The notes beneath the pieces are model-generated. The model was not told the DNA's origin and searched no databases. It saw only the letters and a list, made by a program, of their open reading frames with translations. Positions 24,780 to 32,000 of a DNA stretch of 32,000 bases are shown piece after piece. This DNA comes from Ignavibacteriota bacterium (lineage in GTDB: Bacteria > Bacteroidota > Ignavibacteria > UBA10030 > UBA6906), in NCBI GenBank assembly GCA_016218065.1, contig JACRFA010000159.1:23093-55092 (forward strand), written 5' to 3'. Within the stretch, counting starts at the first letter, position 1; each line of letters begins with the position of its first letter. The translations under genes and the position numbers were made by a program.

Positions 24780-24944
24780 CCTTGCGTTTGAAGTTTTTCT
24801 TGCGCGTGAATTGCAGGATAGAATCCCGGAAGCGGAATTGCAGCTTAACCAGACAATCTGAAATTAGAACAAATGGAACGATGTGTCAAGGATTTTCTAA
24901 ATACTGCACCGAACTCCCCACATAGGTCTTGATATGGGAATCTA

Positions 24945-25664
24945 TCAGAGCCTGAATGTCCACTCTGGCAAACAGTATTTTACGCGAATGAGTTCAGTCA
25001 TCCTCACATATGGAAACTGATTCACCTTCCCTGACGCGTTCCAAATTCCGGCAAGCTCCTGTTTCAGTAGAGGAGGGCGTAACGGAACATTCCGGACAAA
25101 CTGTCCGTGCGTCCGTCGTGCTCTGTACGCAGGTTGTTTCGATGGCAGCTTCAGATATCTCTCAATCAACTCAAGATGAGCATTGAGAAGGAAGGTGCCA
25201 TGAAAGAGCAACGCGTTCAGTCTCCGTCGTTGCGCGTTGCCGGAAAACTTTCTTCCGGCGAGAGTAAGGTCGCTGCTTCCGTTAATCTCAACCTGCTCGC
25301 CAATCAGCGTCGAAATCACGTGAGCATGTTTCGACATGACGTAGCGCGTCGTTTCGGTGATGTTGCGCGTTGGGCCGGAGACATCGATCCTTAAGATGAG
25401 CGCATAGTTCAAACATCCCGGACCTTGAAGAACCGTCCCGCCGCCGCTGTGACGCCGCAGAATCGGAATGCCGTCGGCGGCGCATCGATCGACAAATACT
25501 TCATCCGCGATTCTGTTGGATGAGCCGAGCACAACAAAGTACTGCTCGGATTCCCAGAAGCGGAGGATTTCGTCTTCGTCGTGATCTTCCACGAGTTCCA
25601 GCAACGCCTCATCGCAGGCGAGGTTTTCTTCGGGAGAAACAAACGTACAATCGACAAGCTTCAT
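24945..25664 (-). CDS. Lipoate-protein ligase / octanoyltransferase family protein (BPL/LPL catalytic domain only)
   Basis: The ORF is 24945..25751. I chose ATG 25664 (MKLVDCTFVSPEENLACDEALL). It carries ILRRHSGGGTVLQGPG (the RRxSGGG motif) and LAGRKFSGNAQRR (catalytic Lys region). It is divergent from the PDH genes whose E2 it would lipoylate. Confidence 0.8.
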   Translation of the reverse strand: MKLVDCTFVSPEENLACDEALLELVEDHDEDEILRFWESEQYFVVLGSSNRIADEVFVDRCAADGIPILRRHSGGGTVLQGPGCLNYALILRIDVSGPTRNITETTRYVMSKHAHVISTLIGEQVEINGSSDLTLAGRKFSGNAQRRRLNALLFHGTFLLNAHLELIERYLKLPSKQPAYRARRTHGQFVRNVPLRPPLLKQELAGIWNASGKVNQFPYVRMTELIRVKYCLPEWTFRL

Positions 25665-25842
25665 AGGCGTGGTTAGACTTTTGGGTTTGTGTGATGGTTC
25701 CAATCTAAGAAAAAGAAGAACCGATATGAACTGCACGATGCAGCGGGTCACTCCGTGTAAATCTCCAGAATTTTCTTATATTGGGTTCGCGTTTTTTTGT
25801 CATCACCTGATTGTCAGTTCATTTACATTGTAGAGAGCGACC

Positions 25843-28533
25843 GTGGACTCCGAGGGAAAAACTCAGACCATCAACGAAGCAGAAACGGACGAGAGCCGGC
25901 GCATGCTCGACTCGCTGGAGTTCTTCTTCGAGTACATGCTGAAGAACAAACAGTCGGACCAAGCACCGCTCATCCTCAACCGTCTGATCGACCGCTTGCG
26001 TGAGTCGGGCGTTCGCATGCCCGAAACGACCAGCACACCCTACACGAACACGATTCCGCCTGAGGAATAACCGCTCTATCCGGGCGACCGCGAGCTTGAG
26101 CGGCGCATCAAGAGCTACATTCGGTGGAATGCAATGGCAATGGTGGTGAGCGCTAACCGGCTGCACGGCGGCTTGGGCGGACATATCTCCACGTACGCAT
26201 CAAGCGCGACTCTCTACGAAGTTGGCTTCAACCATTTCTTCCGCGGCGCATCGGAAGACCGACCCGCCGACATGGTCTTCATCCAGGGTCATGCCTCACC
26301 CGGAATTTATGCCCGCGCGTTTCTCGAACGCCGCATCGACGAACAACACCTTCACAATTTCCGACAAGATCTTGCCGAAGGCGGCGGCATCACCTCGTAT
26401 CCGCATCCGTATCTCATGCCGGAGTTCTGGCAGTTTCCCACCGTCTCGATGGGGCTCGGCCCGATCAACTCCATTTATCAGGCGCGCTTCAATCGCTATC
26501 TGAAAGCCCGCGGGTTCATCAAAGGCGAAGAGCCGCGCGTGTACGCCTTCCTCGGCGATGGCGAAATGGACGAGCCGGAAGCGTTGGGCGCGCTGCGCAT
26601 TGCATCGGGCGAAGCCCTCGATAATCTCACGTGGATCGTCAACTGCAACTTGCAGCGACTCGATGGCCCGGTACGCGGCAACAGCAAAATCATTCAGGAG
26701 CTAGAATCGGCGTTTCGCGGAGCGGGATGGAATGTCATCAAAGTGATTTGGGGATCGGATTGGGATCCGCTGTTCAAGGCGGATACGAATGGTATGATTG
26801 TGAAGCGCGCACAGGAAGTTGTTGACGGCGAGTTTCAGAAGTACACCGTTGAGCCGGGAAGTTACACGCGCAAACACTTCTTCAGCAAATACCCCGAGCT
26901 GCTTGAGCTTGTCAACCATATCACCGATGAGCAGATCAGAAAGATGAAGCGCGGCGGACACGATCCGCAGAAAGTGTACGCTGCCTATCACGCGGCAATC
27001 AACCACAAAGGTCAGCCGACAGTCATTCTTGCAAAGACAGTCAAAGGGTATGGATTAGGCGAAGGCGGGGAAGGCCGCAACGTCACTCATCAGCAGAAGA
27101 AGATGAATGAGAAGGAGCTGAGAGAGTTTCGCCAACGCTTTGAGATTCCCATCAGCGACGAAGAAGTTGTTGAGACGCCGTTCTATCGTCCCTCACCCGA
27201 TTCTCCTGAGATGAAGTATCTTTTCGCGCGGCGCAACGCGCTCGGCGGATTCATTCCGTCGCGCTCCGAGAATGCCGCGCCGCTCGAAGTTCCCTCGCTG
27301 GCCGATTTCGGTGAGTTTCTGAAAGGATCGGAACGATTCGAAGTCTCGACGACAATGGCGTTCGTCCGCATGCTCGGCTCGTTGTTGCGCCATAAGAAAA
27401 TCGGCAAGCACGTCGTGCCGATCATCCCCGATGAAGCGCGCACGTTTGGTATGGACCCGATGTTTCGCGAAGTCGGCATCTACTCGCCGAAGGGACAACT
27501 CTACGAGCCTGTGGATCGGGCGTCGCTTCTCTACTATAATGAAGCGAAAGACGGACAGATACTCGAAGAGGGAATTACTGAGGCTGGCGCCATGGGCTCG
27601 TTCATCGCAGCGGCGACCGCATACTCGTCGCACAGCGTCAACATGATTCCGTTCTATGTCTATTATTCCATGTTCGGATTTCAGCGCATCGGCGATCAGA
27701 TCTGGGCGACCGGCGACATGATGGGCAAGGGATTTCTCTGCGGCGCGACCGCGGGACGAACAACGCTCAACGGCGAGGGCCTGCAGCACGAAGACGGTCA
27801 CAGTCATTTGATGGCAAGCGCTGTTCCGAACCTTCTTGCATACGATCCTGCGTTCGCGTATGAGATTGCCGTGATTGTGTGGGATGGTTTGCGACGGATG
27901 TATGGCGAGAATGAGAAGCTCTTCTATTATCTCACACTCTATAATGATAACTATTCGATGCCTCCGATGCCACTTGGTGTTGAGCAGGGAATTCTGAATG
28001 GGCTCTACAAATTCAAGCATGGCGCGGCAAAACTGAGGTCCCGGGCGCATCTCTTCGGCAGCGGACCCACGATGCGCGCGGCGTTGCGGGCTCAGGAAAT
28101 TCTCGCGGAAGACTACGACGTTTCAGCGGATGTATGGAGTGCGACAAGCTACAAACGACTGCGCACAGAAGCTCTTAATGCGCGACGCTGGAATATGCTC
28201 CATCCAACAGTTCCACTGAAGAAGTCGTATCTCGAATCTGTGCTCGAGAAAGAACACGGCGTGTTTGTCGCTGCATCAGATTACATGAAACTCGTCGCGG
28301 ACCAGATTGCCCCATGGGTCCCTGGCGGCCTCATGACTCTTGGAACTGATGGTTTCGGTCGAAGCGACACACGCAACAATCTCCGCCGCTTCTTCGAGAT
28401 TGATGCCGAGTCGATTGTCATAGCAACGTTGTACCAACTCTCGCAGAAGGGAACGGTGACAAAGAAAGTTGTGGAGAAGGCGATCAAAGAGTTGGGCGTT
28501 GATGCGGAGAAGGCGTTCCCAATCATTGTTTAG
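25843..28533 (+). CDS. aceE: Pyruvate dehydrogenase E1 component, homodimeric type (AceE), interrupted by an in-frame TAA at 26068..26070
   Basis: ORFs 25843..26070 (GTG start) and 26134..28533 are in the same frame. Read through, the sequence is colinear with AceE: ..[84 protein letters not shown]. The 799-codon downstream ORF alone already identifies E1. Confidence 0.85.
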
Positions 28534-28544
28534 CCCTAACGCTT

Positions 28545-28800
28545 CGTAAACCCTGAGCGGAGCGAAGGGTCTGGCTGGTTTTCAGATTCTTCGGTCGCGT
28601 TTCCGCTGAATGAGTTTCAGTGTCAGCCTGCGGAAAAATCCCATCCCTGAAAGGGATGCATAAGGTAGCCGAGGGCAACGCCCTCGGTTAATAACGAAGA
28701 GCGAGAATCACAAACCCTGAAAGGGTGAAATCTTCGGAGCAAAGGATCTCGTCATCTTTCGGTTGCGAGATTCTTCAGTCGCTTCGCTCCTTCAGAATTT
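28545..28800. repeat. Cluster of short palindromic units (REP/MITE-like) filling the aceE-aceF spacer
   Basis: There are three CCCTGA..AGGG(T) hairpins (28551-28570, 28642-28658, 28714-28726) and a ccgagggc-aac-gccctcgg hairpin (28669-28687). A direct repeat, cagattcttcggtcgc (28583-28598) and gagattcttcagtcgc (28767-28782), is also present. The motif ctgagcggagcgaag near the left end is mirrored by cttcgctccttcag near the right end. Confidence 0.7.
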
Positions 28801-28815
28801 TTTGGAGAAACCAAA

Positions 28816-30129
28816 ATGGATGTACGACTACCACGTCTTGGTGAAGGCGCCGACTCAGGCACAGTCGCCACGATATTTGTGAAAGAAGGTGAAGCGGTAC
28901 GCAAAGACCAAGCCGTACTTGAGCTCGAAAGTGAGAAAGCGGTTGCCTCGATTCCGAGTCCCGTGGCCGGAACGATCAGCAAGATTTTTGTCAAGGATGG
29001 CGACGAGATCAAAGTCGGCACGCTGATCTTTGCTGTTGCAGAAGGTTCAGCGGCGGAAAGCAGAGATGTTCAGGCGAACGGTCCTGCAGAAGAACCGACC
29101 GAGCCTGAGGCTGAAGAGGAGAAACCTGCCGCGGAAGTCGAAGAACCCGCTCCGCCTCGTGCGCCAGCGGAGCCCGAAGCGCCTGCGAAGCCGACAAACG
29201 GATTTCCGCCCGCGGCATCGCCATCGTTGCGCAAGATGGCGAGAGAAATCGGACTTGATCTGTCGCGCATCAGAGGGACGGGAAATGGCGGACGCATTTT
29301 GCTGTCGGACGTGCGCGCGTACATTCAACGGCTGCAAACGCTCAGCGCCCAACCCCAACAAGCGGCGGCGACCGCAACGGCAGCGTCGCAGAAAACCGCG
29401 CCGGTGAGCATCGACTTCGCGAAGTGGGGAAAGATTGAAAAGAAGAAGATGACGCAGCTGCGCAAAGCCATCAGCAACAAGATGGTCGAGTCGTGGACAA
29501 CCATTCCGCACATCACGCAGTTTGATAACGCTGATGTCACCGACATTCTCGCGTTGCGAAAGAAATATCAGAAGGCGTACGAGAAGAAGAAAGCGAATCT
29601 GACGCTCACGCCGTTCATTATCCAAGCTGTGATCGAGACGCTGAAGAAGCATCCAATGTTCAACGCCAGCATCGATGAGGCGACGGAAGAAATCGTGTAC
29701 AAGAATTACTATCACATCGGCATTGCGGTCGATACCGAGCAGGGCTTGATTGTCCCGGTGATTCGTGATGTTGACAAGAAGAGCATGCTCGATTTGTCCA
29801 TCGAGCTGCACGAGCTTGCGGAGCGCACGCGTCAGCGCAAGGTCGCGCTCGAAGAAATGCAGGGCGGCACATTCACAATCTCGAACCAGGGCGGCATCGG
29901 CGGGGCGCACTTCACCCCCATCATCAACAAGCCCGAAGTCGCGATACTCGGCATCGGACGCGGAAGTTTGCAGGCGGTCGTCAAAGACAAAAAGATTCAG
30001 CAGCGCATGATCGTCCCGCTCGGATTGTCGTACGATCATCGACTGATCGACGGTGCGAACGCGGCGCGGTTCATGACAGACTTCGTGCAGACACTGCAAT
30101 CATTCAACGAGAAGATCGTAAAGCTGTAA
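28816..30129 (+). CDS. aceF: Dihydrolipoamide acetyltransferase, E2 component of the pyruvate dehydrogenase complex
   Basis: 437-aa ORF with one lipoyl domain (LELESEKAVASIPSP, lipoyl-Lys context) and a Pro/Ala/Glu-rich linker. A peripheral-subunit-binding domain follows (PSLRKMAREIGLDLSRIRGTGNGGRILLSDV), then a catalytic domain ending in LSYDHRLIDGANAARF (DHR-x-x-DG). Confidence 0.9.
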   Translation: MDVRLPRLGEGADSGTVATIFVKEGEAVRKDQAVLELESEKAVASIPSPVAGTISKIFVKDGDEIKVGTLIFAVAEGSAAESRDVQANGPAEEPTEPEAEEEKPAAEVEEPAPPRAPAEPEAPAKPTNGFPPAASPSLRKMAREIGLDLSRIRGTGNGGRILLSDVRAYIQRLQTLSAQPQQAAATATAASQKTAPVSIDFAKWGKIEKKKMTQLRKAISNKMVESWTTIPHITQFDNADVTDILALRKKYQKAYEKKKANLTLTPFIIQAVIETLKKHPMFNASIDEATEEIVYKNYYHIGIAVDTEQGLIVPVIRDVDKKSMLDLSIELHELAERTRQRKVALEEMQGGTFTISNQGGIGGAHFTPIINKPEVAILGIGRGSLQAVVKDKKIQQRMIVPLGLSYDHRLIDGANAARFMTDFVQTLQSFNEKIVKL

Positions 30130-30230
30130 ACAGCGAAGACGCAAAGAGGCGATGCTGATCTTGGCGTCTTCGTGCCCTAGCGCCTGCCTGTCGATATGCA
30201 GCGTTTTCTTTTTCTGAACAACGAGGAAAG

Positions 30231-31649
30231 ATGAAATCAATCAAAACTGATTTTGTTGTCATCGGCTCAGGACCGGGCGGATACGCAGCCGCATTCTACG
30301 CCGCTGATCGCGGCAAAAAAGTGATTATGGTGGAGAAAGATGATGTGCTGGGCGGCGTCTGTCTGAACGTCGGCTGCATCCCATCGAAAGCATATCTTCA
30401 CGCCGCAAAGCTCATGCATGAAGCGCAGGACTCGGAATTCCGCGGCATCACGTTCGGCAAAGCGAAGCTGGACCTCAACAAGATGCGCGCATGGAAAAAT
30501 TCGATCACCGGAAAACTCGCGGGCGGCGTTGCAACGCTGGCAAAGAGCCGCGGCGTTGACGTGATGTACGGGCGCGGCTATTTCGAAGACTCAAAGACAT
30601 TGCGCGTCGAGACAAAGCAGGGACAGAAGTTCGTCACTTATGACAAGGCGATCATTGCAACAGGCTCACGCGCAGCAATGCCGCCAGCATTCGATCTTGG
30701 CAACAAGCGCATCATGACATCTACCGAAGCGCTTGAAGTCGAAGAAGTGCCCAAGAATTTGCTTGTTGTCGGCGGCGGCTACATCGGCATGGAACTGGGC
30801 ACGGTGTACGCGACGCTGGGCAGCAGCATCGTACTGGTCGAAGCGCTCGATTCCATTCTTGCAGGAGCGGACCCCGATCTTATCCGGCCTGTGATCAAGA
30901 ATGCCGAGAAGGCATTCAAAGAAATCCGACTGAAAGCGAAAGTGCTCAAGATGTCCACCTACAAGAAGCAGGTGAAGGTGGTGATGGAGCACGACGGGAA
31001 ACAAAAGGAGGAGCTGTACGACCGCGTTCTCGTTTCAGTCGGACGCACGCCGAACAGCGACGATCTCGGGTTGGAAAATACGAAGGTTCGGAAGGACGAG
31101 AAAGGCTTCATTCGCGTCAACGACAGACTGCAAACCGATGATCCGATGATCTATGCCATCGGCGATATTGCCGGCGGCGTGCTGCTGGCACATAAGGCAT
31201 CGAAAGAGGCGCGCATCGCTGTCGACGCGATACTTGGCGAAGCCGTCACGAAGAAAGAGATCATCGTTCCCGCGGTTGTCTTCACCGACCCCGAAGTTGC
31301 ATGGGCAGGACTCACGGAAGCCGAAGCGAAGCAGCGCAACATCAAAGTCGATATTGCAAAGTTCCCCTGGTCGGCGTCGGGCCGCGCTTTGACGTTCGAT
31401 CGGACTGATGGACTGACGAAGTTGATTGTCGAGCCGGAGACCGAACGGCTCTTGGGCGTCGGGATGGTTGGCGCGCACGCTGGAGAGTTGATTGCCGAAG
31501 CTGTTGTTGCCATCGAGATGGGCGCAAGCGTTCGCGATCTCGCCGAGACAATTCACGCGCATCCCACGCTTTCCGAAACCGTGATGGAAGCCGCGCACGC
31601 ATTCTACGGCGACGCGACACACATTTACGCGCCGAAGAAGAGACGCTGA
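30231..31649 (+). CDS. lpdA: Dihydrolipoyl dehydrogenase, E3 component
   Basis: 472-aa ORF with the FAD motif VVIGSGPGGYAAA, the redox-active disulfide GGVCLNVGCIPSK, the NAD motif VVGGGYIGMELG, and the C-terminal interface motif HAHPTLSE. Confidence 0.95.
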   Translation: MKSIKTDFVVIGSGPGGYAAAFYAADRGKKVIMVEKDDVLGGVCLNVGCIPSKAYLHAAKLMHEAQDSEFRGITFGKAKLDLNKMRAWKNSITGKLAGGVATLAKSRGVDVMYGRGYFEDSKTLRVETKQGQKFVTYDKAIIATGSRAAMPPAFDLGNKRIMTSTEALEVEEVPKNLLVVGGGYIGMELGTVYATLGSSIVLVEALDSILAGADPDLIRPVIKNAEKAFKEIRLKAKVLKMSTYKKQVKVVMEHDGKQKEELYDRVLVSVGRTPNSDDLGLENTKVRKDEKGFIRVNDRLQTDDPMIYAIGDIAGGVLLAHKASKEARIAVDAILGEAVTKKEIIVPAVVFTDPEVAWAGLTEAEAKQRNIKVDIAKFPWSASGRALTFDRTDGLTKLIVEPETERLLGVGMVGAHAGELIAEAVVAIEMGASVRDLAETIHAHPTLSETVMEAAHAFYGDATHIYAPKKRR

Positions 31650-31673
31650 CGAAAGAACATAGGCAATCCTTCC

Positions 31674-31710
31674 AAAGGCATCTCGATTCCGGGATGCCTT
31701 TTCCATTTTG
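31674..31710 (+). terminator. Rho-independent terminator after lpd
   Basis: The arms aaaggcatc (31674-31682) and gatgccttt (31693-31701) form a 9-bp stem around a 10-nt loop. A T-rich tccattttg follows. The hairpin starts 25 nt after the lpd stop. Confidence 0.6.
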
Positions 31711-31745
31711 ATATTGCCGTTGTGAATCGTTAGATTACGGCTGCG

Positions 31746-32000
31746 ATGACAAAGGAAGAACATATACAATATTGGCTGACGACAGCGCAGCACAATATGG
31801 AATCAGCGGAGGGCATGTTGCACTCTGGGCATTATGATTGGTCGCTGTTTGTCGGACACCTTGCTTTGGAGAAGATTCTGAAAGCACATTGGGTGAAAAA
31901 CAACGAATGGAACGTTCCGCCGAGAATTCATGACTTGGTCAAAATCGCCGAACAGGCAAATGTTGCTTTGACCAATGAAGACAAGTTGCTTTTGTACGAA
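31746..32000 (+). CDS. HEPN-domain protein, N-terminal 85 codons (continues beyond the window)
   Basis: My translation from ATG 31746 has no stop: MTKEEHIQYWLTTAQHNMESAEGMLHSGHYDWSLFVGHLALEKILKAHWVKNNEWNVPPRIHDLVKIAEQANVALTNEDKLLLYE. The pattern A..dl..A..ll..g.y....F..hqa.EK.LKA......pp..HdL..L is typical of PF05168-type HEPN proteins, which are often paired with a minimal nucleotidyltransferase. Confidence 0.65.
   Translation, partial: MTKEEHIQYWLTTAQHNMESAEGMLHSGHYDWSLFVGHLALEKILKAHWVKNNEWNVPPRIHDLVKIAEQANVALTNEDKLLLYE

Noticed and set aside
26068-26070. TAA reassigned as a sense (Gln) codon, i.e. an alternative genetic code.
   Set aside because: TAA is the terminator of several well-supported genes in this same window: sixA 11515-11513, the RRM gene 19706-19708, aceF 30127-30129, and the Q-rich Bat gene 3856-3854. 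Each of these proteins ends where its homologues are expected to end.

Overview
This 32-kb chromosomal fragment most likely comes from an FCB-group bacterium (Bacteroidota/Ignavibacteriota-like). That placement is an inference from two C-terminal T9SS sorting domains, a full Bat aerotolerance operon and Shine-Dalgarno-led genes. No rRNA, tRNA, CRISPR array or transposase was recognised.

Gene content in window order:
- 1-525 (-): 5' part of an ornithine carbamoyltransferase-family gene.
- 623-970 (-): DksA/TraR zinc-finger gene.
- 10493 down to 1250 (-): one tightly coupled ten-gene string, moxR, a RelE/ParE-type toxin-antitoxin pair, DUF58, DUF4381-like, batA, batB, batC, a Q/D/K-rich protein, batD, batE.
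- 14447 down to 10656 (-): polyphosphate module ppx, CHAD, sixA and an SdiA-regulated-like propeller.
- 14695-18520 (+): an AT-richer block holding a T9SS-sorted 559-aa protein and three unrelated small lipoprotein genes, separated by shared structured repeat modules.
- 18522-20362: OM beta-barrel gene (-), RRM RNA-binding protein (+), lone SIS/6-phospho-3-hexuloisomerase-like gene (-).
- 20400-24779 (-): 1459-aa T9SS surface protein with two LamG-like domains, six Ig-like domains and a seven-repeat FG-GAP region.
- 24945-31649: lipoate-protein ligase (-) divergent from aceE-aceF-lpd (+).
- 31746-32000 (+): start of a HEPN-domain gene.

Most notable observations:
1. An in-frame TAA sits at a conserved Gln position near the 5' end of an otherwise intact aceE.
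2. A TA pair is wedged inside the moxR-DUF58 junction of the Bat operon.
3. The lipoprotein array is cassette-like: it has conserved spacer modules, and a perfect 12-bp inverted repeat brackets one gene.
4. A 589-bp, about 97% identical direct repeat lies inside the giant adhesin gene, with a sharp identity boundary.

All homology calls rest on motif recognition by eye. No database search was run.
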